A stretch of DNA of 64,000 nucleotides, taken from a bacterium (GTDB taxonomy: Bacteria > Hydrothermota > UBA3073 > JACQXS01 > JAGMCI01). Made by a program: the position numbers and the translations under genes. A model generated the notes under the pieces. That model was not told the origin of the DNA. It worked only from the letters and a program-made list of their open reading frames with translations, and did no database searches. Location: assembly GCA_030018315.1 (NCBI GenBank), contig JASEGA010000001.1, positions 12,673-76,672 on the forward strand, read 5' to 3'. Positions 1 through 11,526 of this stretch are shown piece by piece; the first letter of the stretch is position 1; each line of letters starts with the position of its first letter.

Positions 1-296
1 GGAGTGACTTCCACAATCACATTAGCATTACTCTCTTTTATAGTCTTTATACTATCCCATCCTTTTATCCCTTCGGTGTAGTTGTTAATACTTTTCTGCT
101 CTTTTACTAATGATAGAATTTGGTTCAACTCTAACCCTTTTGGCTGATATACCGAGCCTTTTACTGGGTCAGAGATTGCCACCACTGAATAGTCAAGATT
201 GTAATATTTCTTAAGTATGGTCTTCTTCTCTTGTAGAATTTCAGCAAACCCTTGTCCTACAACTCCAAACCCAATAAAAGCTAAATTGTAATTCAT
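1..296 (-). CDS. Partial CDS (N-terminus only; runs off the window 5' end). NAD-binding Rossmann N-terminus resembling homoserine dehydrogenase.
   Basis: The ATG is at 296 on the minus strand. The reverse-complement translation begins MNYNLAFIGFGVVGQGFAEILQEKK, a GxGxxG dinucleotide-binding motif typical of the homoserine dehydrogenase N-terminus. Confidence 0.45.
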   Translation of the reverse strand, partial: MNYNLAFIGFGVVGQGFAEILQEKKTILKKYYNLDYSVVAISDPVKGSVYQPKGLELNQILSLVKEQKSINNYTEGIKGWDSIKTIKESNANVIVEVT

Positions 297-410
297 TTTA
301 GTATTCTCTTTATATCAATAAAATTGAGATTTGTCAAGTTTTATTAATTCTACTCTTGAACGCTTATCAAATCAAAAACTTGACATCAGTATATTTCTAT
401 ATATGATTAT

Positions 411-438
411 GTAGGGGCGTATTGCAATACGCCCCTAC
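411..438. repeat. Perfect 28-bp palindrome GTAGGGGCGTATTGCAATACGCCCCTAC. It is the intergenic member of the GTAGGG...CCCTAC palindromic element family.
   Basis: Read directly. The arms gtaggggcgtattg and caatacgcccctac are exact reverse complements. The element lies between a TTGACA-like box (380-385) and the GT2 start at 462. Confidence 0.8.
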
Positions 439-461
439 ATTAAAGACGATATCTTTTCCAT

Positions 462-1319
462 ATGAAAGAGGAAATTTCTGTAATAATTGTGACCTGGAAT
501 TCAGGCGAATACATTGAAGGTTGTTTAAAAGCACTTGGTCTTGAGCCTGCCTCGCCGAGTCAAGGCGGGTATGAGATAATTCTTGTTGATAATCACTCAC
601 TTGATATAACAGTTGATTTAGTGAGAAAGAATTTTTTGGGCGTCCGTATAATTGAAAACTTCTCTAATGTTGGGCTGTCAAGGGCAATCAATCAAGGTGC
701 TAAAATATCAAATGGTAGATATCTGCTCATCCTTAACCCTGATGTTGTAGTTATGGAGGACACAGTTAAAAAGCTTTACCAATTTATGCAAGAAAGAGAA
801 GAAATTGGTGCTTGTGGACCCCGCTTTTTATGGCCTACAGGTAGAATTCAGCCATCTTGTCGTGAGTTTCCAAATTTTAGCAACTTATTTCTTGAATTTA
901 TAGGAATTGGAAGGATAATGAGATTTTCAAAGTGGAAGATGGGTTATTTCAATCACAATAGTGCGAGAGAAGTAGACCAGCCAGCAGGTTCATGTTTACT
1001 TGTTAGGAAAGAGATTTTTAATAAAGTAGGAGGAATGAATGAATCCTATCCTTTCTTTATGAATGATGTAGATTTATGTTACAAGATAAAAAGGATGGGC
1101 TATAAGCTACATTTTGTTCCAGAAGCAAATGTGATTCACTATTTAGGGGGGTCAACTCGTAAGGTACGACGAAAAATGATTCTTGAAGAACACTTAAGTA
1201 TATATAGATATCTAAGAGACCATTTCAACAATTATTTTTTAATAGCCCTATACGGCTTCTTACTTCTTATTAGCTCTTTTTATCGTATCCTTTTTAGTCT
1301 TATTTGGCATCATCGGTAA
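462..1319 (+). CDS. Glycosyltransferase family 2
   Basis: 285 aa. It carries the IIVTWNS..ILVDNHSLD and DxD-type motifs typical of GT2, and resembles the ORF at 38709-39578. Confidence 0.75.
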   Translation: MKEEISVIIVTWNSGEYIEGCLKALGLEPASPSQGGYEIILVDNHSLDITVDLVRKNFLGVRIIENFSNVGLSRAINQGAKISNGRYLLILNPDVVVMEDTVKKLYQFMQEREEIGACGPRFLWPTGRIQPSCREFPNFSNLFLEFIGIGRIMRFSKWKMGYFNHNSAREVDQPAGSCLLVRKEIFNKVGGMNESYPFFMNDVDLCYKIKRMGYKLHFVPEANVIHYLGGSTRKVRRKMILEEHLSIYRYLRDHFNNYFLIALYGFLLLISSFYRILFSLIWHHR

Positions 1320-1359
1320 TAACAAAATAAAAATAATAAGAATAACTACTTATTTTATC

Positions 1360-1388
1360 TTGACAATTGCTTAAATTTTTGTTATATT
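1360..1388 (+). promoter_or_regulatory. Sigma70-like promoter for tRNA-Val (TTGACA-17nt-TATATT)
   Basis: TTGACA at 1360-1365, a 17-nt spacer, then TATATT at 1383-1388. This places the transcription start a few nt before the tRNA at 1398. Confidence 0.55.
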
Positions 1389-1397
1389 TAAAAAAAA

Positions 1398-1471
1398 GGG
1401 CGGATAGCTCAGATGGTTAGAGCGTCGGTTTCACATACCGGAGGTCATGGGTTCGACTCCCTTTCCGCCCA
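1398..1471 (+). tRNA. tRNA-Val (anticodon CAC)
   Basis: Cloverleaf read by hand. Acceptor stem is gggcgga/tccgccc. Anticodon stem is tcggt/accgg (U-G closing pair) with 7-nt loop ttCACat. T-arm is GGTTCGACTCC. Confidence 0.8.
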
Positions 1472-1477
1472 TTTTAA

Positions 1478-2191
1478 GTGAAAGAAGAGCTAAAGACTCT
1501 CTGGAGGTTACAGAAGCTTGATACAGAAATTTCTAAATTAGAAGCACGTAAAAAGAATATTCCTCAAGAAATTCAGCAGTTAAATAAGAAGCTAAAAGCA
1601 AAGGAAAAAGAGCTCCAGAAGCAGAAAGAAACATTTCAAGAGTTTATCACACGTAGGAGGAATTTAGAACAAGACGCAGAGGAGTCAAAGGATAGGGTAA
1701 GGCGCTATAAAGCTCAACTATTGCAAGTTAAGACAAACAAAGAGTATCAGTCCATTTTACACGAGATAAGCACAGAGGAAGTTAAACTATCAGCTTACGA
1801 AGAGGAAATTATTGATGCTCTTACTCAGAGTGATGAACTATCTAAACAGATAGAAAATTTGAGTAAAGAGTTAGAAAAAGATAAAGATAAATTTTCAAAG
1901 TATGAAGAAAAACTACAAAAAGAGCTTTCTGAAGTAGAAAATGCTCTTCTTACAAAAAAGGATGAATATGAAAAGCTCACAAATAAGATTAACTCTGTAA
2001 TTCTTTCAAGATATCAGCAAATAAAAAGAAGTAGAGATGGAATTGGTGTAGTTGGAATATCGGAATCAACTTGTAAGGGCTGCAATGCTATCCTTCCTCC
2101 TCAATTTGTGGTTGAGGTAAGAAAAGGGAATAAGATATTAACTTGCGAACAATGTGGCAGGATTCTTATTTGGGAAGATGATGTGGATTAG
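1478..2191 (+). CDS. Coiled-coil protein with C-terminal C4 zinc ribbon (COG1579-like, putative nucleic-acid binding)
   Basis: 237 aa. A long heptad-rich coiled coil is followed by C4 Zn ribbon CKGC..x17..CEQC. Immediately downstream of a tRNA. Confidence 0.65.
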   Translation: MKEELKTLWRLQKLDTEISKLEARKKNIPQEIQQLNKKLKAKEKELQKQKETFQEFITRRRNLEQDAEESKDRVRRYKAQLLQVKTNKEYQSILHEISTEEVKLSAYEEEIIDALTQSDELSKQIENLSKELEKDKDKFSKYEEKLQKELSEVENALLTKKDEYEKLTNKINSVILSRYQQIKRSRDGIGVVGISESTCKGCNAILPPQFVVEVRKGNKILTCEQCGRILIWEDDVD

Positions 2192-4085
2192 TTTCCTTAT
2201 TCTAATCCCTTCGCTTAAGACTGTAGGTGATTACTTCTTCACTCATGGCGAGTATAAGAAAGCTGTAGAAATATATAATAGAGCTTATAGAGAAAAACCT
2301 TCCCCTGAGCTTAAGTTAAAAATTGGACTAAGTTTATACAGACTCGGTATTACTGCATTAAAAAAGGATAATTTTAATGAGGCTCTCTCCCAGTTTAAAT
2401 TAGGTGGAAATAAATATGGTATAGGGTTTGTGAATTACAAAGTAGGTAATAAAGAGAATGCGAAGAAAGTCTTCCACGACCTTAATGATTTTTATGCTTT
2501 GGGTGTAATCAGTTATCAAGAAAATGAGTTTAAAGAAGCCCTCCAGTATTTTAAGCTTGCCAATTCTCCTTATGGTATGGGAATATCTTTTTATAGACTC
2601 GGAGCTTATAAAGAGGCCTTAGATTATTTTAAAAAAGCAAACGATAATTTTTTAGCTGCCGAATGTTGTTATAAACTGAAAAAATTTAATGAAGCAGAAA
2701 GTTACTATCAAAAAGCGCTTCAAGAAACAAACTGGACAAGAGATGCATTGTATGGACTTGCATGGACCCATTATAAGTTAGGTAAGTTTAGCCTCTCAGC
2801 ACAGGAGTTTAAAAAATTTATAACCCAATATCCTAAAGACCCTTTAATACCTATTTCTCTCTATTATACAGCAAGAACTTTATTGAAGATTGGAGATTTA
2901 CAATCTGCGATTAAACATTTTAAAACACTTATCAATGAATATCCTGGCTCCGAGTTCATTGATGATTCTTATTATTGGATGGGTAAAGCATATTTTATCC
3001 AATCAGATTATACTGCCTGTATCAAACAACTCAACTTCCTTCTATCAAATTACCCGAACAGCAACCTTCGTTCCTACGCCTATTTGTTGATTGGTGATGT
3101 ATATTACAAGCAGAATGATTATAACTCTGCGATTAACTGGTACAAAAAGGTAAAAGGACCGTCAGATATACTTGACGACGCAAGATTTAAACTTGAAAAG
3201 TGTTATTTTGGGCTTGGTGAATATAGCTCAAGTTTAGATATTTTACACAATTTTATTCACAAGTATCCGAAGTCGCCTCGGTCACCAAAATTTGGGCTTG
3301 AACTTGCCCAGTATTGGGTTAAACAGAACAATTTTCAAAAAGCTATTGAATCGTATAACAATGTAATTTACAACTTTAGCTGGTCTTCATTAGTTGATGA
3401 AGCAAAACTTGGACTCGCTGATTGCTATTTTAGAATTGGAAAATATGATGCTGCTATAGAGACATATCGAGAGTTATTTAACACCTCTTTAGGAATGAAG
3501 GCACAATTTAGTCTTGCAAACACATACTTTTTGCTTGCTGAGTATGACCGAGCAATTCATGAATATGAAATCCTTATTAATGAGTTTCAAAATTCTGACT
3601 TTGCAAAAGATGCACAATATCAGATTGGCTTATCATATGAGCGACTTGAGAAGCCGAGGGAGGCGAGGCTTGCCTTTCAAAAATTTATAGAGAAGTATCA
3701 GAAAGATCCAAATTATTGGGATGCGGAGCTTAAACTATCAAAGACCTATAGGGATGAAGGTTTGATTGACGAATATCTTGAAGCCCTTCTCCATGTTGAA
3801 GCCAAAGGAGAGGGTAAACCAAAGCAGGAAGCTACTTTTTTGCTTGGTTCTTTGTATTTTGATAAAGAAGATTACAAGACTGCAAAAGAGTTTTATCTTA
3901 AAGCAGCTTCACAGTATGAGGACATTGATTCTAAATCAAAGTCGTTCATTTATGCGGCACGGTGTGCTGTAGCTTTAGGGAAAAAGGATGAAGCAATAGA
4001 GCTTTACAAGGCTGTACTCTCATTATTACCAAATCCAGCTTTAGAAGAGGAAGCAAAAAAAGGGATTAAACAACTCGGAGAGTAA
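2178..4085 (+). CDS. Tetratricopeptide-repeat protein with N-terminal membrane anchor
   Basis: Many TPR units (A/G, Y, A spacing, e.g. [26 protein letters not shown]). The in-frame ATG at 2178 avoids the overlap with the upstream ORF. Confidence 0.7.
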   Translation: MMWISFLILIPSLKTVGDYFFTHGEYKKAVEIYNRAYREKPSPELKLKIGLSLYRLGITALKKDNFNEALSQFKLGGNKYGIGFVNYKVGNKENAKKVFHDLNDFYALGVISYQENEFKEALQYFKLANSPYGMGISFYRLGAYKEALDYFKKANDNFLAAECCYKLKKFNEAESYYQKALQETNWTRDALYGLAWTHYKLGKFSLSAQEFKKFITQYPKDPLIPISLYYTARTLLKIGDLQSAIKHFKTLINEYPGSEFIDDSYYWMGKAYFIQSDYTACIKQLNFLLSNYPNSNLRSYAYLLIGDVYYKQNDYNSAINWYKKVKGPSDILDDARFKLEKCYFGLGEYSSSLDILHNFIHKYPKSPRSPKFGLELAQYWVKQNNFQKAIESYNNVIYNFSWSSLVDEAKLGLADCYFRIGKYDAAIETYRELFNTSLGMKAQFSLANTYFLLAEYDRAIHEYEILINEFQNSDFAKDAQYQIGLSYERLEKPREARLAFQKFIEKYQKDPNYWDAELKLSKTYRDEGLIDEYLEALLHVEAKGEGKPKQEATFLLGSLYFDKEDYKTAKEFYLKAASQYEDIDSKSKSFIYAARCAVALGKKDEAIELYKAVLSLLPNPALEEEAKKGIKQLGE

Positions 4086-4087
4086 CT

Positions 4088-6472
4088 ATGAGGAAAGAAA
4101 TTATTCAAGTAGAGATTGAAGATGAAATGCAGCGGTCTTACCTTGATTATGCGATGAGCGTAATTGTTGGGAGAGCTCTTCCAGATGTTAGAGACGGTTT
4201 GAAGCCTGTACATCGTCGCATCCTCTACGCAATGTGGGAACTTGGGCTTACACATAATAGACCATTTAAGAAGTCAGCTGCTGTAGTAGGGGAAGTTCTT
4301 GGAAAATATCATCCGCATGGAGACATAGCTGTTTATGATGCCATGGTAAGGATGGTTCAACCATTCTCATTGAGATGTCCACTTATTCAGGGGCAAGGAA
4401 ATTTTGGCTCTGTAGATGGAGATGCTGCTGCAGCATATAGATACACAGAGGCAAGGTTATCTGAGATTGCCGAGTTTATGCTTATGGATATTGAAAAAGA
4501 AACCGTCCCATTGGTACCAAATTTTGATGGAAGACTAAAGGAGCCATTCGTGTTACCATCTAAGTTCCCAAATCTATTAGTGAATGGGAGCTCAGGAATT
4601 GCAGTTGGGATGGCAACCAATATTCCGCCACATAATTTAGGTGAAGTCGTAGACGCATTATGTGCATTAATAGATAAGCCGGATTTGGATGATTTTTCAT
4701 CTTATATAAAAGGGCCTGATTTCCCTACAGGTGGAGAAATAATAGGAACACGAGAGATAAGGAAAGCATACTTAACAGGGAGGGGCAAGCTTATTTTAAA
4801 AGCTAAAGTGCATACGGAAGAGACAAAGGAAGGTAAACAAGTTATCTATGTAACAGAGATTCCATATCAAGTAAACAAATCTGCGCTAATAGAACGGATT
4901 GCTAATCTTGTGAGATTAAAGAAATTAGAAAGTATATCAGATATAAGAGACGAGTCTGATAGAGAGGGGATAAGGATTGTTATAGAGCTCAAACGTGATG
5001 CTCAAGAGAGGGTAATTTTAAATAGGCTATTTAAACATACGCCATTACAGATAACTTATGGAATAGGACTTCTTGCCCTTCAAGATGGGGTACCAAAATT
5101 TTTGACCCTAAAAGACATACTTAAGGCGTTTCTCAGTCATCGATACGAAATAGTTAAGAAACGTACTGAATTTGACTTACGCCAGGCAGAAAAGAGAGCT
5201 CATATTCTTGAAGGGTTTAAAATTGCACTTTCACATATAGATAAAGTAGTTAAAATTATTAAGACATCAAAAAATGCTGAAAAAGCAAAAGAAAGATTAA
5301 TGAATAGTTTTAAGCTCAGTGATGTGCAATCACAAGCAATTTTGGATATGAAGCTATCTAGGCTTGTTGGACTTGAACGTGATAAAATTGAAGAAGAGTA
5401 TCTTGAGACGATAAAACTTAGAGAGAGGTTGAAAAGAATTCTTGCTACACCAAAAGGTGTAATGAGAGTAATACGAGACGAGCTCATTGAAATCAAGAAA
5501 AAATTTAACACCCCAAGAAGAACTAAGATAATTGAAGCAGAACAAAAAGAGCTTGAAATGAGAGATTTAATTCCAAATGAGCCTGTCTTAATTACTTTAA
5601 CTCAAAAAGGTTATATAAAATCTTCAAAAGCAGCCACTTACATGCGACAATATCGTGGCGGAATTGGAGCATCAGGGATAACACTTACTCCAGAAGATGA
5701 GGTAGCAAGAATTTTTGGTACTGAGACTCATTCTACTCTTGTATTTTTTACCAATACAGGAAGATGCTATTCTCTGAAGGCTTATGAGATTCCAGAGTGC
5801 GGAAGGGGGGCTCGTGGTAAGCCTCTTGTAAACTTGTTACAGCTAAGAGAAGGTGAGGGAGTAGTAGGCTGCTTACCTGTGAAAGAATTTAAAGGTATGA
5901 TTGTTTTAGCCACTAAGAAGGGTATGGTGAAGAAGTTGAAAGTTTCTGCACTTGAGCACATCAGAAGGACGGGTATAATTATTGCTACTTTAAGGAATGG
6001 TGACTCTATAATCTCGGGGATTCATGTAAATCCAAAAGATTATATTTTATTGATTACAAGAAAAGGTAAGGTTATCAGATTTAAAGAAGAGTTATTAAGA
6101 CCTCTATCACGAGTTTCACAGGGAGTGAGAGGTATAACACTTAGGGATAAGAATGAAGTTATAGGTGTAAAAGCTGTACCCGATAAGAAGCTGAGTTTAT
6201 TTTTTATAACATCCGATGGTTATGGAAAAAGGGTGCTGATATCAAAATTTAGACTCACCAACCGGCGTGGTTTAGGAGTAATTGGTGGTAAAGGAGAAAT
6301 AGTAGGCTGTGAAGTAGTAGATGACGATTCTGAAGTTATTATTATCACCCAAAAAGGTCAAACTTTAAGAACTAAAGTTCAAAATGTAAGAAAGATGGGA
6401 AGAGCTGCCAGGGGTGTAAGGCTGATAAGCTTAAGAGAAGGAGATAAGGTTACTGATCTTCATAAACTTTAA
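4088..6472 (+). CDS. gyrA: DNA gyrase subunit A
   Basis: 794 aa. The N-terminus [35 protein letters not shown] is canonical GyrA, followed by a C-terminal beta-pinwheel region. Confidence 0.95.
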   Translation: MRKEIIQVEIEDEMQRSYLDYAMSVIVGRALPDVRDGLKPVHRRILYAMWELGLTHNRPFKKSAAVVGEVLGKYHPHGDIAVYDAMVRMVQPFSLRCPLIQGQGNFGSVDGDAAAAYRYTEARLSEIAEFMLMDIEKETVPLVPNFDGRLKEPFVLPSKFPNLLVNGSSGIAVGMATNIPPHNLGEVVDALCALIDKPDLDDFSSYIKGPDFPTGGEIIGTREIRKAYLTGRGKLILKAKVHTEETKEGKQVIYVTEIPYQVNKSALIERIANLVRLKKLESISDIRDESDREGIRIVIELKRDAQERVILNRLFKHTPLQITYGIGLLALQDGVPKFLTLKDILKAFLSHRYEIVKKRTEFDLRQAEKRAHILEGFKIALSHIDKVVKIIKTSKNAEKAKERLMNSFKLSDVQSQAILDMKLSRLVGLERDKIEEEYLETIKLRERLKRILATPKGVMRVIRDELIEIKKKFNTPRRTKIIEAEQKELEMRDLIPNEPVLITLTQKGYIKSSKAATYMRQYRGGIGASGITLTPEDEVARIFGTETHSTLVFFTNTGRCYSLKAYEIPECGRGARGKPLVNLLQLREGEGVVGCLPVKEFKGMIVLATKKGMVKKLKVSALEHIRRTGIIIATLRNGDSIISGIHVNPKDYILLITRKGKVIRFKEELLRPLSRVSQGVRGITLRDKNEVIGVKAVPDKKLSLFFITSDGYGKRVLISKFRLTNRRGLGVIGGKGEIVGCEVVDDDSEVIIITQKGQTLRTKVQNVRKMGRAARGVRLISLREGDKVTDLHKL

Positions 6473-6571
6473 TCCACAAACATTATAAATTTTGCATAAT
6501 TCAAAAAGGAGAAAAAATTGAAGAAAAGGGAAGAGATAGTCCATAGGTAAATAGTTACGTTATTTTAAAGC

Positions 6572-7351
6572 ATGCAGCGATTTATAGGAATTGACCTTGC
6601 ATGGTCATATAGGAACACATCGGGTATTTTTGCGCTTGAATGTAAAGACAATAAAATTTTTCAACTTACCTATAATAACTCTATTAAAAAAGATGATGAA
6701 ATTTTAGATTTTATTCAAGCGAATAAGGGCAAAGGAGGCTGTCTTGTAGCTATTGATGCGCCACTTGTAGTTCCAAATGTTAAAGGTACGAGACCAGTAG
6801 ATATTGAGATTACAAAGAGGTTTCATTCTCAAGAAGCTGGCACTTTACCTGCAAATAGAAATATACTTAAGAATAATAAAGGCGAGGTGCGAGGTGAGGT
6901 ACTTGTAGAGAAATTAGAAAAAATTGGATGTGAGCATAGCTTTGAAATTAAAAAACACGATAGAGGATTTAAGGTATTTGAAGTTTTTCCGCATCCAGCA
7001 ATGGTGGTTATTTTTGATTTATCTACTATTCTTAAATATAAAGCAAAAAAAGGGAGGACACTTAATTTTCGACTTAAAGAGTTAGACCGCTATAAGACTT
7101 ATCTCTCTAATCTTCAAAAATTTGTCCCCCCATTAGCTCAACCTCCACCTTTACAGGATTGTAGGGACACGGCATGCCGTGTTCCTACAAAATGTTACGA
7201 AGATTTGTTAGATGCCCTTTTCTGTGCTTGGCTTGCATCCTATTTCTGGTATTGGGGACCGCAAGGATTTGAAGTAGTTGGTGATATGCAAAATGGATAT
7301 ATTGTGTTGCCCAAAATGGCGGGATTCCCCGCCTGTCATTGCGACCCCTGA
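6572..7351 (+). CDS. DUF429-family protein (RNase H-like fold). The 3' end is altered by inserted repeats.
   Basis: The N-terminus FIGIDLAW is DUF429-like. The ORF contains the 28-bp palindrome at 7161-7188 in frame, and its last codons run into the family-B repeat at about 7325. Confidence 0.5.
   Translation: MQRFIGIDLAWSYRNTSGIFALECKDNKIFQLTYNNSIKKDDEILDFIQANKGKGGCLVAIDAPLVVPNVKGTRPVDIEITKRFHSQEAGTLPANRNILKNNKGEVRGEVLVEKLEKIGCEHSFEIKKHDRGFKVFEVFPHPAMVVIFDLSTILKYKAKKGRTLNFRLKELDRYKTYLSNLQKFVPPLAQPPPLQDCRDTACRVPTKCYEDLLDALFCAWLASYFWYWGPQGFEVVGDMQNGYIVLPKMAGFPACHCDP
7161..7188. repeat. GTAGGGAC...GTTCCTAC 28-bp palindromic element inserted in frame within the DUF429 CDS (one arm mismatch)
   Basis: gtagggacacggcatgccgtgttcctac. 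Encodes CRDTACRVPT in the host frame. Confidence 0.8.
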
Positions 7352-7400
7352 GATTCCTCGCCAGTCATTGCGAGGAGCAAAGCGACGAAGCAATCTCTCA
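7325..7400 (-). repeat. Family-B dispersed repeat (core GATTGCTTCG..CGCAATGAC), reverse orientation, with a partial second copy
   Basis: The reverse complement of 7340-7400 reads gattgcttcgtcgctttgctcctcgcaatgactggcgagg. An additional gtcattgcgac copy lies at 7334-7346. Confidence 0.65.
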
Positions 7401-7473
7401 ACAGGCTCAGAACAAGCTTGAAAAATTTATGATTTTCTTATAAAAACTGTGATATATCCTAATACTAACAATC

Positions 7474-8060
7474 CTATTGATACGATTTTCTCTTCTTCTG
7501 TAAATTACGCTTTAGGACAAGATATACACCTGAATGTGTAACCTTATACCCCTGACTTTGAAAATGTTTTGCAATCCTATTGCACCCGTAATTAGAATGT
7601 TTTGCTTTGTAATTTAGTATTTCAAGTTCTAAGTTTTGGGGGTCCGTCTTGCAACATACTTCGGTGCACGACAAAGCTCAAGTTGACCGTACCAATTTGG
7701 ATAATATTCGTTAATCTGCTTACTTTTGCTTCCACGGATGTATTTATAAGGAGCAATTTCCAGCTTTGATTTAATTTCCCTCCTGTACGGTCTTTTTGCC
7801 CTAAACCATAATGTCCTATTGAGATATTTTAACACCTTATTTAAAGGGTTTGAGTTTATAAATTTCCAGAATCTTTCTTCTTTTTCCTTCCAGTAATAGA
7901 ATTGACGCCGAGTAATGTTAAACTTCCTGCAAGTATCAGCTGCGGTTGCATCTCCAAGTTCGTGCTTCAATAATATAGTTTTCCTTTTTTAGCCTCTTTC
8001 CTAAAATACAACGGAGTACGTTTCTTCATTAGGTAATAAACTACCATATCCAGCATAAAA
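7474..8060 (-). mobile_element. Decayed IS481/IS3-like transposase remnant: HTH N-terminus, frameshifted at an A7G run, truncated before the DDE domain
   Basis: Minus-strand fragments: MKKRTPLYFRKEAKK, then in another frame LKHELGDATAADTCRKFNITRRQFYYWKEKEE (transposase HTH), then YGCNRIAKHFQSQGYKVTHSGVYLVLKRNL (the YGyrRI region that precedes the catalytic core in IS3/IS481 transposases). No DDE core follows. Confidence 0.6.
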
Positions 8061-8267
8061 GTCAAGATAAATTGAACATATGTTTGAAGATAAACTGAGC
8101 TCAAAGTTGCGTAGACTGTTGAATGGGGCTGTAGAGATTTTTCTTTAGAATTAGGCTTAAAACCAGTTTATTATAATATAAGAGAGCCAAATAGTGGGAT
8201 AAAAGTTATTTAGAATAGAGATTTTATTGGGTCATCACTTAACCTATAATTTTAATTAGGAGGGGCA

Positions 8268-9586
8268 ATGCAAAAGTATAAGTCTCAGGGTCAACTTTTG
8301 GATGATTGGGGTGAGTTGTTGAAGTTGAAAAGGGAGTCTTGGCGAATTAAGGATAAGGATAAAGATAAGGCAATGGAATTGGAGTATGAAATAACGAAAA
8401 GAATTAGAGCTTCGTTATTAAAAAATGTAAGTTTTCCAATTCTTGACATATTCCGAAAATATAAACTGAATGTGGATGAGCAATCTTTATTTATAACTAT
8501 ATTAACAAATACAATCACTGGAGACCACCTGTCAACTGTGCGCCAATTTCTCTTAATGCTATATCCTAAGCCCAGCGATGTTATAGATAAAATAAATTAT
8601 CTGTTTCCTTCTGGCAAGTTAATAAAAAACAAGCTTCTCGTCCTCAATGAAGAACGCTTTCCTTTTAGTAGAGATAATAGTACAATCTTAGATGCGTGTG
8701 TTGGTATCCATCCCGATGTGTTACAACAAATTTTGCATTCCCCGAAGCCACGACACAAACAAAATAAAGTGCCCTCTATATTTGAAGTTCGCAAGCCCAA
8801 AATTGATATGTCACATGTAGTCTTAAAGGAGCACCAAAAAGCTGAGCTATTGGAGATAATTAAATATTTAAATAATTACAAGTTAATCTGTAAGACCACG
8901 AATCTGGCTCAAACTTTTGAGAAAGGTAGAGGTTTTATTCTCCTTTTTTCAGGCCCTCCAGGTACTGGTAAAACCTTATCTGCCGAAGCAATAGCAAACG
9001 AGTTAAATAGGAAGTTATATACAATAAATTTTGCCCAACTTGAAAGTAAATGGGTAGGTGATACTCTGAAAAGAATATTAAAGAAGTTTTTAAGACAGTA
9101 AAAACTACTTCTGCTGTTCTCCTTATAGACGAGGCTGACACAATACTTACGAGGCGTGTCTCTGCTGATAGACATACAGATGTGTCTTATAATAGAAATG
9201 TGTTAGTTCTCATGCAAGAAATAGAGAATTTTGAAGGCATCTTAATTCTAACTACAAATCGTGTTGATATACTTGATAATGCACTTGACAGGCGAATTGC
9301 ATTTAAGATAGAATTTGATTTACCGGGTATTGCTGAGAGGGAAAAAATCTGGCAAGTCCTGGTACCTGATAAGGTGGTAATTGACACAGGGGTTGATTTC
9401 TCTGTTCTTGCTAAACGCTTTCCTTTTGCTGGTGGTAACATAAAGAATGCAGTATTTTGGGCAATTATGAAGGCAGGTGAACGCTCACCTACCTCACCAA
9501 TACTTAAAATGGAAGACTTACTAAGTGCAGGTGAAAGAGAATATAGTAAGATGAATAAAAATTCAAAAAGCAGGATAGGATTTTGA
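8268..9586 (+). pseudogene. AAA+ ATPase (classic clade, single AAA domain with about 220-aa unknown N-terminal domain). Frameshift near 9095-9105, between Walker A and Walker B.
   Basis: ORF 8268-9101 ends ...FSGPPGTGKTLSAEAIANELN..KKFLRQ*. The downstream frame continues VLLIDEADTIL...TTNRVDILDNALDRRIAFKIEF (Walker B, sensor, Arg finger). The break is in a T5 run. Confidence 0.65.
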
Positions 9587-9628
9587 TGTTGACAAAATTG
9601 ACCCAATTATTATGGGTAAGGAGGGAGT

Positions 9629-9919
9629 ATGAACAAAGATGAATGGGTAGAAGAGGCAATTAAAATTGCCAAAAGGACTCACTTAAAAATATGGGAGATA
9701 GAAGACTGTGGCAAAGAGGAGGGCAAACTAATAAGATTTGCTTCTCCTGATGACCATGAAAAAGAAGTTGGTGTCTATCTATGGTACAAAAAAGTAGAGT
9801 GCTGGCCAGAGTTTGCGAGGGAGTTGACTCCTTTAGGTTGGGATTGGGCTCCAAAGTCTATTTCACAGCGTTTGAATGATATTAATGCAAGAATTGGCGA
9901 ACTTATGAAGGCAATATAG
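9629..9919 (+). CDS. Hypothetical protein (96 aa), island gene
   Basis: ORF with an AGGAGG-like RBS (ggtaaggaggg) 8 nt upstream. No recognisable domain. Confidence 0.35.
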   Translation: MNKDEWVEEAIKIAKRTHLKIWEIEDCGKEEGKLIRFASPDDHEKEVGVYLWYKKVECWPEFARELTPLGWDWAPKSISQRLNDINARIGELMKAI

Positions 9920-9939
9920 AAAAAGCCACAGGATACAGG

Positions 9940-10233
9940 TTGGATGCAGGATATGATGGATTTGTAAAGGATATAGATACTCCTAAGGAGGCGATTAAAG
10001 AAGTAAAATTGAGAGTGAAGATGAAGACGAAGGGGAGGTATAACAGGGGGCAAGAGATTGAAAAGTTTTTATTAGAAACTTATGGTAGTGTATGTAATGA
10101 GATAAGATGTTATATGGAGGATACCTTTCGAGAACTTTCAGGAGGCCAGTGTGGTTTGGATGAACAGGAGCATGAAGGAGTTGAATTTAGAGTATATCAT
10201 AAAATACCGACAGATTTGAAGAAGAAGATATAA
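9940..10233 (+). CDS. Hypothetical protein (97 aa)
   Basis: ORF only. Confidence 0.3.
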   Translation: MDAGYDGFVKDIDTPKEAIKEVKLRVKMKTKGRYNRGQEIEKFLLETYGSVCNEIRCYMEDTFRELSGGQCGLDEQEHEGVEFRVYHKIPTDLKKKI

Positions 10234-10347
10234 GGAGGAGAGGAAAATAAAAGTAATAGATTTAGATAAAAGTAAAAGTTGACATGTAAGATTTAAGATA
10301 TAGAATTAAACAACAGTTAGTCTTACACTAAATGGCTAAAGGAGGGG

Positions 10348-10806
10348 ATGATGAAATTATTTATTGCGAATGTTGGAGTGAACACAAGTCATGTAAGTAA
10401 AGGTCTCCGGAGTCCGATATTCTCAGATAAGACCTTTGAGTTTATTCCTATTCCAGAGGAAGAAGAAAGGAAAAAAGTCTTATTTTCTCCTCGATACTGT
10501 GAAATTCGGTGTTTCAACAAGCCAAATCTAGCAATTAGCGAGTATTTATGTCCTGAAAGGCGTTCAGATATTGCTCATAATGATCCAGAGTTTAATGATC
10601 CAGAGTTTAATGATCCAGAGTTCAAGTCTTTTACTTATGGTGATATTTTTTCTCCACGAGCCGCTAATCTCAAGGAAATACAACCAGATGACCTTCTTTT
10701 CTTTCTTGCAAGGTTGTGGTTATATAAAGATGGATTTACTAATGAGAGCGATCTTTACTTCATCGGTTACTTCACGGTAGAAAAAAGATTTGCTCCAAAG
10801 ACATAA
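10348..10806 (+). CDS. Hypothetical protein (152 aa). The N-terminus is faintly reminiscent of Nmad3-type nucleotide-modification-associated domains. Contains an NDPEF x3 tandem repeat.
   Basis: RBS aaaggagggg upstream. N-terminus MMKLFIANVGVNTSHVSKGLRSPIF..FEFIPIPEE. The Nmad3 resemblance is from memory only. Confidence 0.4.
   Translation: MMKLFIANVGVNTSHVSKGLRSPIFSDKTFEFIPIPEEEERKKVLFSPRYCEIRCFNKPNLAISEYLCPERRSDIAHNDPEFNDPEFNDPEFKSFTYGDIFSPRAANLKEIQPDDLLFFLARLWLYKDGFTNESDLYFIGYFTVEKRFAPKT
10582..10626 (+). repeat. In-frame 15-bp tandem repeat x3 (gatccagagtttaat) encoding NDPEFNDPEFNDPEF
   Basis: Read directly. The third unit has 2 substitutions. Confidence 0.85.
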
Positions 10807-11217
10807 TACTACCAGAACCTCAGGATAATAGGATAAAACAGAATGCTCATTTTCGCTGTCTCCAAGAAAATATAGAGACAGATTTTTTCATTATAATAGG
10901 GAAATCAGATGCCTCTTACAGATTTAAAAAAGCGTTAAAAGTCAGTTCTAATATAGTGAAAATTCTGTATAACGCAAAAGAATATGACCAAGAGAATGAT
11001 ATTTTTATAGGAAAAGATGGTAAGATATTACGAAATAAGACAAATCCAAGGCCTCGCAGCCTCCAGCGTTTCCCCCAAGTGACAAGAACAGTTCAATCCT
11101 TCTTGGACTCTTCTAAAAATAGAGAAGGTGAAAATATAAAAAAATTAATGGGAATAGTAAAGGATTGTATTTAAAAGTGATAGAAGTTCTAAGGCAAAGA
11201 GGTAAGGTAACTAATGC

Positions 11218-11517
11218 CTGATTTTTGAGTATCATTGTGAGGAGTGTAAGCGTATTTTAGGTAAGCGGTTTGAGGGAGTTCATAAGTGGTTGGATGAATT
11301 GATGTTTGATAAAAGTATTCCATTATTGTACAGGACGCGGCACCGTAAATTTAGGCATCACAAGGAAGGGATTGAGCAAGTTAGAAAGATGTGGGGTGAT
11401 GAGGCAGCGAAGGCGGCTGAAATACATATAAGAACAGACTTAAAAAGTGACGGCTGGCCAGAACATAATCCAATCTCTTTAAATAAGGAACACTTTGAGA
11501 GAAGTGGGTTGTGGTGA
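11218..11517 (+). CDS. Hypothetical Cys/His-rich small protein (about 100 aa; start codon uncertain, ATG at 11290 or upstream CTG/ATT)
   Basis: The open frame from 11215 reads ..FEYHCEECKRILGKRFEGVHKWLDELMFDKSIPLLYRTRHRKFRHHKEG... Confidence 0.3.
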   Translation: MIFEYHCEECKRILGKRFEGVHKWLDELMFDKSIPLLYRTRHRKFRHHKEGIEQVRKMWGDEAAKAAEIHIRTDLKSDGWPEHNPISLNKEHFERSGLW

Positions 11518-11526
11518 GGAGGTAAT

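Noticed and set aside
397-600. 67-aa minus-strand ORF spanning the 411-438 palindrome and the GT2 start
   Set aside because: It overlaps the GT2 start codon and its promoter and has no motif. It is more parsimonious as non-coding.
6473-6571. Possible small RNA in the gyrA-DUF429 spacer
   Set aside because: No stable stem-loop or conserved ncRNA motif could be identified by eye.
10571-10780. 69-aa ORF reading MIQSLMIQSLMIQS
   Set aside because: This is the alternate-frame translation of the 15-bp tandem repeat inside the 10348-10806 ORF, not an independent gene.
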